Below, one piece after another: positions 41,451 to 52,671 of a stretch of DNA of 64,000 nt. A program made the position numbers and the translations under genes. The stretch's first letter is position 1. Each line of letters starts with the position of its first letter. Source of the DNA: Harriotta raleighana (lineage: Eukaryota); the NCBI GenBank assembly GCA_050575255.1, contig JBNZDD010013634.1, positions 1,950,280 to 2,014,279 on the forward strand, written 5' to 3'. The notes below the pieces were generated by a model. That model ran no database searches. It saw only the letters and a program-made list of their open reading frames with translations, and was not told the DNA's origin.

Positions 41451-44400
41451 ACAGCATCTGTGCTGACCAGTTCGATCTTTTCTTTGGAGGGTATCCAACT
41501 ACAGCAAGGTGCTCCACCTGGTGGTCTGGCACAGAATTGCCAATGATTCCCATCAAAGCAGAAGCAACAACAACAACAACAATAAAATTGCATTTGTATA
41601 CTGTAGTGCCCTTCACATTGGGTAGACATCCCAAGAAACAGGCCTTCAAAGTGACCATTAACATTGTTTTCCAGAAGTATTGCAAAATATGCAATTAAAT
41701 ATAGATGTTAGCCTCGCTCAGTCTGTAGTGTTATTGTCTCTGAGTCAGAAGGTTGTAGATTCAAGTCCCACATTAGCATCCTGTCCTTAGAATCGGATAT
41801 CTACACATAAATTAAATGACTTCCTATAGTTTGGAATATGAAGTTTCAATATCTAAGCAGGAATGTATGTTCCACTGCACAAAACACTTCTCCTGTTCTC
41901 TGCAGATGACAATTGCACCTAATTTATTGCCAGTGGCTGGATGTGTTCCAAGTTCCTTAGTGTCATTCATGCATGGATTGTTAGCCTTCAGGGGACAGCT
42001 TCAAATATTGTGCCAGAGTATTTCCGTTAACTTTCAACCCAAGCTAATCATAGCAAAGAGATTAAAATGAACACATTTTAATCTAAATCCAAGTGATTCC
42101 CGTACAAACTTTTCATTAGTTTCTACCACTTACAATAGAAGCTACTTATTAACTGTATGCCTGAAAATCTCAAACTTTCCAACAGCAATGGAAAGAATAG
42201 GAGAGAAGACAAGGTAAAGAAACAAACTGTATGGAGACACCAAACTTGGAACTTTAATAGACCGCTGGTAGTGTGCACCAGTCTTTCCAAAATTACACTG
42301 ATCATAAGTCACTGACACCCTTATTGGTCTGTACACACAATTCGCTTCACCAGATAACTCAAAAAGTGAACTCATGCTGCCCTGTAATGGAATAACTCGA
42401 GAACATGGCCCTCCACAACTCAGGTGGTTCATTGGTTGCTGTTCAGCAACAGGTTGCCCAAAGCTGTCTACATTGACAAACCTCCTTCATCCTTGCTGGT
42501 GCGTCAAAACTAAAATATTGTAAGAGGACCCTAATGTGACTCATAATTTGGCAACAGGACTCTTCAGAGAAAATAACAAGTTCAATTATTGCCAGGAAAC
42601 GTTACAAAATAAATCCTGTAATGTAGACCACAACATGATCAATAGCTGTCTAGTCTATGTACATCTGGGCACAATCCTAGATCCAATTACCAAATTTCAA
42701 TGGTCTTAGGAATTAGAACCCTGAACATATATTTTCAGCACAGAGCTGCAGATATGTAATTAAGGGCATGTCACATGCTTATATATTGTATTTTTTTACG
42801 TGGTCTAAGTTCAAAATTATGTTCCACAAAAATGATCAGTATCATGGACAACAGTGCAAGGCAAATGCAATTAACAATAATCTGTACACCTGATACAGAG
42901 TCTTTCATGCAAGGAGAATCTCTCAAAACTTATCATGGTACTGTATTATTGTAAAGTTTATTGGGGGTCTATTGTATAGGTGAACTCGACAGCCAATTGT
43001 GAACAACAATGTTACACAAACAGCCATGATTTGGATGATCTATTTTATATGAGGGATTATTGACCAAGATAATCTTTCTCTTTTCAGATAAGAGTGCCAT
43101 AGGACCTTTAAGGTCTGACTGAGCAGGTAGACAGTACTACAGTATAATATCTCATCCAAAGGATAGTACCTCTATCAATACTAAGCATCCCAACACTGTA
43201 TTGGAATATCAGCCTAGACAGTGAGTGCATAGTTGCAACCTGGATCTTGAACCCACAATTTTCTGATTCAAAGGCCAGAGTAACAACTAACTGAGATAGG
43301 CTAATACCTTGTTAAAAAGTTAAACAAATTATATACCATGCATTTGATATAACGCCTACAACCCTGAAATGCTTCAAAGCCAAATGCAGCCGCCAATTTG
43401 TACACAGCAAGGTCCCAGAACAACAATACCACGAGGTGAATGACCAATTTATTGGATATTTGTTGGCCTAGGATACCACGAGAAACTTCCTTCTCTTTTC
43501 GGATGATGTTATGGAATCAATTGTAATCACCAGAACAGCCAAAACATACAACACTCAGGAGACAAATAAGTGGCATCTTTCATCTTTCTGTCACTTATTT
43601 CCAGTAAAAATAGAAATAGCATCTTGTGACTAAAACATTGCTTAAATATAACTGCAATTCTCAGAGGATAAATTTGAAATATTACATTCCAGACAGTTCA
43701 ATAAATCCAACAGTATAATAAACAATGTCTTGATGCTGTAGTAATTTTCTCATATTGTTTGGAATTTAATTTCACTGGGATTTCGATTGGGATTTAGCCA
43801 AAGCAGATTTACAACAATCCAATGGCGTCTGTTGTCTATCTCGTGATAGTTAATGTTAAGTTCAATTTGTAACCATTAACATCTGTTCCCCGTATTTGCA
43901 TCTGTCGACCCTTACGTAAAATGCAGCTTCACTGTGAATAAGTCATTCCAGTTCATTTGAAAGAGCCTGTTAAAGCATCATGTTTAATTAAACAGACTGT
44001 AGTTGACCTAGCTTCTCTCCTGACCCCTCTGGGAGCCATGATATCTTGCGTTTGCCAAGCTTATAAACTCCAGTTTCCTGTGCTTGATTCCTCTTGCTGT
44101 AAAACAAACTCAAACTTTCACCTTTTCCAATTCTCAACTGAGGACTGCTAATACAATTGAACACAAGTTAAGATTTCTTTTCCCTCAAAAGCAGTGGAGA
44201 GGAGAGCAATGGGGCTGATCCCCTGTGTTGAAGGGATAGGCTGTGAGAAAGAATTAGAAAGGTAGGCGAGGGATTTTCAACCTTGAAACAAGACAGCTTC
44301 TAAATGGGTACAGTATATAAATAGGACAGAGAAAGAAAAATATGTTCAGATATCAAGGCAATAAGACAAGAAATTGCAGATTCAAGGTTATGAACCAACC

Positions 44401-45549
44401 AACAAGAAGTATTTATTTACCCAAAGAGGTCACTAACAGCCAGAGAAAGTCAATAACAACAACAACTTGCATTTATCCTGAAAGGAATAAGGTCCCAGAG
44501 CGAGGTATTGTTTTGCTTTAGATCCCCCAAAATATTCCTGAACACGTAAAAGAACATTTTTTGGCCATATTCTACAGCCCAGTCTCAGATGGGATCAGTC
44601 ACAGAAACACAGTTGGCAAGAGCTTCTGATCAGACCCATTACCCACTCAGCTTCCCTGCCTCACACATTGTCATTCACACTACACGTTTGGGTGAGGACG
44701 TGTGGGAATGTTTTTCCATTTGTCTCACTTGTAAAATATCATTGAAAAGCAAAACAAAAATTGTTGCATTACCTGGGGTCTTACAAGGCCTCGCTCAGTT
44801 ACCCCATTTCTATTGTGCTTTACACCTAGTGTTGTGTTGCCTCGCAGCAGGCAGAGGGATGAAACCCAATATCATTGCACTTCGGATCACATGGTGCCCC
44901 AATGCTCCACGTTCAGTGTGTTTTAGCAGGAAACCCAGCACTCTTCAGCTCCAGCAAGGAAAAATTCTAACCAAAGCAATGCCTTACTCTTCTCTCTCCC
45001 CAATGCAGTATATTTTGGTCACCAAATAAGCCAACCTGGAGTTCGAAAGGGTAGCGCATCTTATGAGAAATTGCTTGAGAGTCTCTCTTGCAAGTTATGT
45101 TTTCATCTCAACCAATTTATATTACTTGTAAGAGTGAGATTACGTTTAAATAAAATGCAGCCTCTGAGTGTTAACTGCAGTCTATATGTTATGTAAGGTC
45201 GGTGTGTTGTCCTAATGCACATTGAAGCCAATGTTTTACGTGCTCTGTAGTGAGTGGCACCATGTACTGTAAATACAAGATATCATTGTCTCTGCTGCAA
45301 TATCTTACCTTGTAATGTCTGTGCATTACACCTGCCCTGTGTAAAACTTTACAAAGATCTTGTAAATAGAATGTATCAGAGTGGTTCTGTGCTGTGCTGA
45401 TATCTGCCCCTCATCTCTGCTGTATTTACTCATATCAGCCAGCTGACCAGGACATATCCTTATGTCTCCACACTTGTGATGTCATAGAAACACAAGTTTG
45501 TTTAAAAATGATAAACTAAACATGTGATATATATTTGTGCGTTTTTGTA

Positions 45550-45648
45550 TGTCTGTCTCTTTCTCTCTCTCTCCCTTTCCCCCCTCTCTCCCCCTCCCCT
45601 TTCCCACCCTCTCTCTCTCTCTCTCTTTCTATCTCTTCTCTCCCTCTG
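45550..45648. repeat. CT-rich polypyrimidine microsatellite
   Basis: (CT)n and C-run tract of about 95 nt. Confidence 0.8.
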
Positions 45649-48115
45649 CCACCACTGTACCCGGGGAATAGGTAAGTGAATGGCATTTAGAGTAAATTGT
45701 CTTGTGGGAATAGATAGTGGAAGAAGAATTCTAAGCTCCAAATATCTGATGTTCACTTACCAAAATGGGGACTATAATTGTGCAGCTTGAGATCGGGTGA
45801 GAAAAATACATTGAGTAAAAATCTTTGAGTGAATTTTGCATCTATTGTCACAGTTAGGGATGTTGAGACGTCCTCCCAACATGAAAGGCGCCATATAAAT
45901 GTAATTTTGATTGATTGATTGATTGATGTTAGTGCTGCAAAATGAAAAACTAACTGTATCATGCTACCACCCTTGGGATGTTATTGGTCCTCTTACACTA
46001 CAGCCATTCATTTAGTATTTTGCCCACAAATATACAATCAATTCACTTTACAGTCTATTCTGTGAAGCGCTTTGAGATGTTGATAAGATGTGAAAAGTGC
46101 TATATCAAATGCAAGGATTATTATTTTATTATTTATTATTATTATAGTACTGAACCACTGCCCCTTTCATGCCATTGACCCACTTTATTGACGCTCAATT
46201 TACTGCACTGCTCAATTGCATTTCAGGATTCCAATGTCCCGTTGATATTCAGAAATCCCTTTATATTTCAAATAGGATTTACCCTAATGGGCTGAGGATG
46301 GATCCCTCTTTCTCCCCTCCCTCTCTCCAGCCTATTCTCATCTTAAAGTCAGGTCCCTTTTCCAGGTCAATGATCACAGCTTCTGACTGCGCGTGTTAGT
46401 GGGATAGTGGGGGGTCAATGTCAAATAAGCTTAAGAGTAAATCCCACCTCCTCAATGCAACCCCACAGAAATCAACACTGAGAGAACGGTCTCAGAGAGG
46501 GGACGATAATAATAATAATCTTTTATTATCATTTGATATAACGCTTCATCGGAATTACAAAGTTATCTCCAAGCGCTTCACAGCATATACTGAAAAGTGG
46601 AGTGACTGTATATTTTGCGGGCGCAACGCAATCCGATCAAAACAACCCCATCCATTCACACTGGATACTTAAGGAATTTCAAAATTTAACCACTTCTCAA
46701 ACTGAGTCAGAACTCTATCCCACAAACCCTCCGCCTCAACCCCCCACTCCCCCCCGCCCCTCCACTCTTGCCTCCTTCAAAGCTAAAGACCTTTCTCTTC
46801 GATCAAGCCTTTGGCCACTATCCCTCCCTCACTGGCCCCTTATTCTCCATCCCTCCCGACCCCCATCTCCCAGCTTGGGTTCAAAATTCCCTGGGACGAC
46901 TGTCCGACATGAAGTGCGTCATACAAGTGTAGTCTGTTGTTGTTGCTGCTTTTCTGTGAGATCATTGGAGAGATCAGTGGATTTCCAAGCTGACATCCTG
47001 AAGGATCAGAATANATTCTCCATCCCTCCCGACCCCCATCTCCCAGCTTGGGTTCAAAATTCCCTGGGACGACTGTCCGACATGAAGTGCGTCATACAAG
47101 TGTAGTCTGTTGTTGTTGTTGCTGCTTTTCTGTGAGATCATTGGAGGGATCAGTGGATTTCCAAGCTGACATCCTGAAGGATCAGAATAGGGAATGAGCA
47201 CCCAATGGAAACGCCACATACCATTCCTAGAGGAATGAATCGCTGGAGACTCTCGAATTCCAGCTTTAATCCACCCCCAGTGAAGTCTGGCAGCCCAGCA
47301 TTGTGATTTTTACTTGTCTCCCCATTCAGTCGACTCCTGAACATCTGATCATCTATGAAAGATCCCACCACCCCCTTTTTTTTTATTATTAAAACAAAGA
47401 AGGGAATCACAGTGAAAGTTGTTCTGTACATCAAACCCCTTTTCGGTTAGAGTGTGGAAGTTCAACTGTGACACAGAAGTTAGTCTCTACTCAATCAGCA
47501 ATAAAGGAAGAGAAAGAAACACAGCTCCCTTTTTGATCAGTATTGATTAGTGCATGTGTTACACTGTAGAATATCGACAGAACACAACTCAGCTGCCCAC
47601 TGTGACATATATATGGAGTTCCTCGCTCACAAAGTCTGTGTTCCTCTCCAACCCAACACAGTCCCATTAACGTTGACAAAAGATCAGCCTGATCTCACTG
47701 ATCCCTGCAAATGCAATGCAGTTTAAGTTGCTTTTAAGCGGTGATCACTTAGCATATAACCTCAGTTATTCTTCTCCCCACCAATCAATCGCCTGTCACT
47801 TCCACACAGAGTCCCTTTATACACAAGACAATGTTAGTACTCCCCCCCCCTCAAATACACAGCCCACCCCCCTCAAANCACCCCCCCCCCCCCCCCCCAC
47901 CCCTCACTTCTCCCCCAAAAGAATAGCCAATACAGCAATGGTTTTCCAAACACAAGAAATAGCACAACTGGTCAACTTCACATTCACTCACTCACTGCCT
48001 TTACTGAAATGAAATGTCACATTTGAACAAAGCCAAAATGAGAGAGAGCACATGGCCCAAGATGAATCAAACAATACATTGAATAATTAATGATAAAAAT
48101 AGCAAATCTCCTTAC

Positions 48116-48600
48116 CGAGCATTCCCAGCAGAATCTCACAGCTGCAGCATAAACAGTGAAGTGACCATAAGAAAGCGCGTTAGCAGAATGTGCTCCAGCC
48201 CAGGCTTTCTAAACCAGATGTAAAAAAAATTGTGTGGGGAGGTGGGGTGGGTGGGGGTAGGGGGGCGGGGGGGGTGTGTGGGAGAGAGAGGGAGAGAGAA
48301 AATATGCTTAAAGAGACGTCGGAAGCGGTGACGGAGCTGCTGTTATTTGTGCTAACTTTGCTGAGGTTTGGCTGAGGTTTGGAAGGCTGAGTGACGGACC
48401 TCAGAGGGCTGTGCTTTCTCATCTCCAACTCCGGAAAGAGCCAATTAACAGATAAATAACCTTTGCCATTTCCCGACCATTTCTGGAGAGAGAGAGGGAG
48501 AGAGAGAGAGAGAAAGGGACTGAGTGAGTGAGTGACTGAATGAGTGAGTGGGAGAGACACAAACCTCACTCACAGTCATTGTTCCCAGTGTGTCCTCAGG
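48116..48600 (-). promoter_or_regulatory. Candidate promoter/first exon of the divergent upstream gene (DENND2B/ST5 by synteny)
   Basis: Strong - strand donor TCG|gtaagg at 48115, G-rich tract with GC box, CGGAAG and TGACG motifs near 48320-48333, (GA)n and (TGAG)n microsatellites. Confidence 0.4.
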
Positions 48601-50819
48601 TTCACTTTCACAGATGTTGATGTGAAGTGACTCGCCAAATATTTCAACTGCAAATTCTTACTTTTTTTTAAAAAATAGATGGAAGATTGTGCAAATGAGT
48701 CTCACGTACTGTACTCCAACCCAGCCACGATCCCACCCAGCCCTCTTGAATTATTAGACAGTGATTTAAAAACAAATCTCTGAATGATCTTAAGAGTTGC
48801 AGAAACAACGGTGGATGGTGTGGCTGTAAATTACAGATCCCCCTGTTTGTGAAATGAGTTCATTTGCATTCAAGTTGTGCGAGAAATGTCTTTCCCTTTG
48901 ACTCTAGCTTGGTGGGACTGCCAGTCTGTTTGGAAGTTTTGTATTGTCGGGGTTTAATTCGATTCTATATATATATATACTATATATACAATATGTTTGA
49001 AAAAATACTTCACTTTATAGGCAAGTGTGATTGCTCGCTTGTTGTAGTCGATTTTGAGAATGAAGGGAAAATAATTGGATGCACTGAAAAGGGTGAAAAA
49101 TATTGTTGCCACGAAGGTCGGTGGGTTTACAATCACATATATATATATACATACAGTACACACACATACAGCCCTCCTCATTCATAAGGAGAAGGCGCTC
49201 CCCTGTGGCAAATCTGTGTAATTTACAGTGAAACAATTCCTCACCAGGTTCAGGCAACACACACTGTCTCTCTCTCCCACACTGATCTAGTCTGCGATCA
49301 GCAAGATGCCCCTTGGTGATCTAATCTCAATCCAATCCCTGTCACTCTCTCGTAAATAACCCCTTCTTTAATGTATTCTTTTGTCCCTTTTCTGCACCAC
49401 ACTGTTTAGGACATTTCACTTGAGTATTTATTGTATTGGAATTTCGGTATCGAAATCCAATAGCTCTCGGATCAATAATAAAATCGATACGCCATGCATA
49501 GCACTATCAGTGATCCATACAATGAATACGCATTCGAGCTAAAGTCTAAAGAATTTAGTATCAACTGCCTTCACTCCATAGCTTATAATAGTTCATTAAC
49601 TGAATCCATCCTTCATATCTTAACCACAACTGGGAACACATCAAATTCTATAAACATTCAGGAAAGGAGGCACACATCCAAGGTCTGAAGAATGAAGGTC
49701 AACAGACTGTTCAGATTTAATTATAGAATTCACAATCACTACACTTTACAATGATTCCCCTGAAATGCTGTGACCCAGAGGATAAATTGGGGATAATGAT
49801 GGACTTTAATCAACTAAAAATGCCTAGTTTGCCAAGGAGTGAAAGTATTTTGCCAGGTTCCATTCACTGTCCAAATAGGACAACGTTACTCATTGTATAG
49901 GACTTTGGTTTGCAGGAATAACACGAGCCAAGTGGGAAATATCTGTGACCCTAGATCCTGACAATGATCCAGGCTGGATCATCAGCATTGTGGATCCGCA
50001 AATCACAAACTAACAGGTAAGGTGGTCGTAGGTGGACAAAGGTAGGAAAGTTTGCCAAATTGCAATATCAATTGCAAGCTCTGAGTTTTAGCTGGTTAGA
50101 TTCCAGCAGTACCCCCAAAGCACGCTCTAGGGTTCCCGAGCCTTGGCTCTAGCCAACCTGTGCCTAATATTTTTTGGAATTAGGTAAACCTAAACAGGGT
50201 CCCTCTCCAGGTAGAGAGTGCAAACTCCTTGGGATGCATGGAATTCTCAGCTTGGTTTCGATACTTTTGGACATATGATGGACATATGCCAGGCACTCGG
50301 CTGACCAAATAAATACTCAAGCAAACAAACAAAATTACATTTATAGAGCGCCTTTCACATTGGGAGGACGCCCCAAAATGCTGTGAAAGGGCCTCTCCAT
50401 CCCGACAACAACAACAACTTCGATTTATTTAGCGCCCTCCACGCCGGACGGCGTCTCAGAGCGCTTCAAATCCCAACCAGTTGCAGTTTTGATGAAGGGT
50501 CACATCCAAATATTGATCTATACTTTTTCTCGCTCTCTTTCAGGTGCTGATTGACCAGATGTACATTTTAAAATTCTTTCCCCTTAGTCCTGGAGTTGTT
50601 TTTTCCAAGTCTGTCCCTGCTTCCTTTCTTTTGACTGGATTAAAAAAAAACACATCCATCCAGTTCAATTTGGGAGAAGAAATGTCACAGCTTGACTGTT
50701 CTAGATAATTGTCATCCTTTAAGGTCTCACTTCAATCACGTTTTAAATAAAGGAGTAAAAGGTATCTCTGAGCAGGTAAGGTTCCACTGTTTTGATCCCT
50801 TCTATTTAGAGACCCACAT

Positions 50820-51076
50820 TTGATTCCAGATAGAGCGAGTTTCCTTACTCCATATGCCTGATAATAATCCCTCCAGAGAGAAAATAAAACGATAATAAAA
50901 TTGGTCATTTCAATCCACAGCTGTTTGTGGGGACACTGCTGAGCGCAATCGGCTGGCGCGTTTCGCCCACAAATACACAGTCAAATTCACTTTCCAGCAT
51001 ATTCCATGAAGCGCTTTGAGACGTCTCAAAGACCTGAAAAGCGCTATATCAGATGCAAGGATTATTATTATTATTA
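50820..51076 (+). mobile_element. SINE, same family, CpG-intact (young-looking), directly beside the promoter
   Basis: Body gcgcaatcggctggcgcgtttcgcccac and tail gcaaggattattattattatt. Confidence 0.85.
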
Positions 51077-51099
51077 GTTGAGAATGTTATGGATCTTGC

Positions 51100-51300
51100 A
51101 ACCAGTGACTCAGGTGGGAAGCTGCTTCTGCGTCTGCGCGGCTTTGACCTCGCCGATGCACTCTGGGTATTGTAGTTCGGGTTGGGCGCTGACTCAATGC
51201 CAACCAGAGGACACGAGCAGACTACAGCTCCCGAGACACCCCGCGGCACAGACCCAGCGCAACATTGTAGCTAATCGCGGAAGCAAGAGCAACATTGAAT
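51100..51300. promoter_or_regulatory. CpG-enriched promoter with two divergent ZNF143/THAP11-type (ACTACAnnTCCC) motifs; likely AKIP1 promoter, possibly bidirectional
   Basis: ACTACAATACCCAGAGTGCA on - strand (51157-51176), ACTACAGCTCCCGAGACACC on + strand (51221-51240), TGACTCA near 51106 and 51190, ETS core CGGAAG near 51278, local CpG excess. Confidence 0.7.
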
Positions 51301-51527
51301 GAACAACTGGAGTCAGAAGTTCTGAAGTTCTTCAGCTTTTCACTGGGACAAGTCAGGAGAGTCAATTGCTCAAATTAAGTTTTAAAAAATTATCCAGAGG
51401 AAGAAAGAGCTGGGAGTGGAGCCGGCTACAGACCCTCTCCCTCCCACGCCACCCCTCCCCCCTACACCCCGCCACCCCCAAGGAAGAAATTCAAACCCAC
51501 AATTTGAGAAGGAAATGCTACAGCTGT
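51280..51527 (+). other. AKIP1: Candidate non-coding exon 1 of AKIP1 (5' end approximate)
   Basis: Lies downstream of the promoter motifs, with donor TGT|gtaagt at 51528. An upstream exon is required by the acceptor in front of the ATG. Confidence 0.35.
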
Positions 51528-51871
51528 GTAAGTGAATGACTTGAATGTCAAATACCAAGTTTATGATGTCAAGGGACTTGCTTTGTAAATTGCAAACCCA
51601 TTTAAAATACGGTCCTGTCTAAAGATCTTTCATCTTCCTCGTAATCAAGAGAAAAAGCGAAAACAAAAAGTAATTTTGAGTCCCGAGTGTTTTAATTTGT
51701 TTTGTTAATTGTTTTGATTTGCATTTGTTAAGTCTGGAGCTGGGGTGGTGGAGAGAGAGTGACAGTAAAACGCGGCGACTTTATTGTGAAAATAAAACGC
51801 AAAATACTGCAGATGTTGGAATTCTGAAACAAGAACAGAAGTCTCTGGGAACACTCTCAACAGGTCAGACA

Positions 51872-52105
51872 AGCAAGTTTCCTTACTCCACACGTCTAAT
51901 AATAGTCCCTCAAAAACAAAACAATAATAAAATGTTTATTTCAATCCACGACTGTTTGTGGGACGCTGCTGTGCTCAATCGGCTGGCGTGTTTCTCCCTC
52001 AAAATATACAGTCAATTCACTTTACGGTATATTCTGTGAAGCGCTTTGAGACGTTTTAAAGACGTGATAAGGCGCTATATCAAATGCAAGGATTAGTAAT
52101 ATTAC
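51872..52105 (+). mobile_element. 5'-truncated SINE, same family, inserted into an older repeat (51790-51871 and 52122-52196)
   Basis: SINE body and tail; the flanks appear to join into one - strand element. Confidence 0.8.
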
Positions 52106-52488
52106 ATTTATTACTGTGTAATATCGATGAAGAAAGGAAAGTGAGTCCATGTTTCAGGTCCACGACCCTCAGAACCCTTCGTCATGACTTCTGACCATAT
52201 ATCAGTCACATTTATATATTAAAAAAAACATGGTTCTAAAAAGTGAAGCTGGCTGACAGAAGAACAGACTCTCTCCTGTTCATACTTCTCTGATTGTGTA
52301 GATACATGAATGGAAACCAGATTAAATTTAATTGCACTTTGGAGCAATTTGCCTTTAATTTTAATTAGCTGAATGGTCCGATAAAGAATAATGTTATGCT
52401 GTGTATTACGTATTTTTGTTTGAAAGACAGAAAAACGCAATGGATATTTACAATTATTCTGCTGTCTCTCTCAGCAGGGTGAACAAAC

Positions 52489-52671
52489 ATGGACAATGAG
52501 AGCAGCCACATTGAATATTCTTTGAAATGCTCAGCGCAACTCGGGCTTGAAGTGCTGAGGCGCGCTCAGCAGAGACAAACACGTTGGTCTGTTGGTGATC
52601 CGTCATGTTCTACAACAGTTGGCGCAGAATCTTCAGCGGTGCGAGATGAGACGGCGGGACAAGCGGCAGAG
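52489..52671 (+). CDS. AKIP1: AKIP1 short (canonical-length) form of first coding exon, 61 codons, putative donor GAG|gtattt
   Basis: Phase-0 GT at 52672 is compatible with the phase-0 acceptor at 58886 and gives a length close to the human exon. An alternative phase-0 donor is AAG|gtagtg at 52720. Both donors are weak, so the exact site is uncertain. Confidence 0.55.

Noticed and set aside
46842-47187. Near-perfect ~170-bp tandem duplication
   Set aside because: The junction is at an N (47014), so an assembly overlap artefact is most likely.
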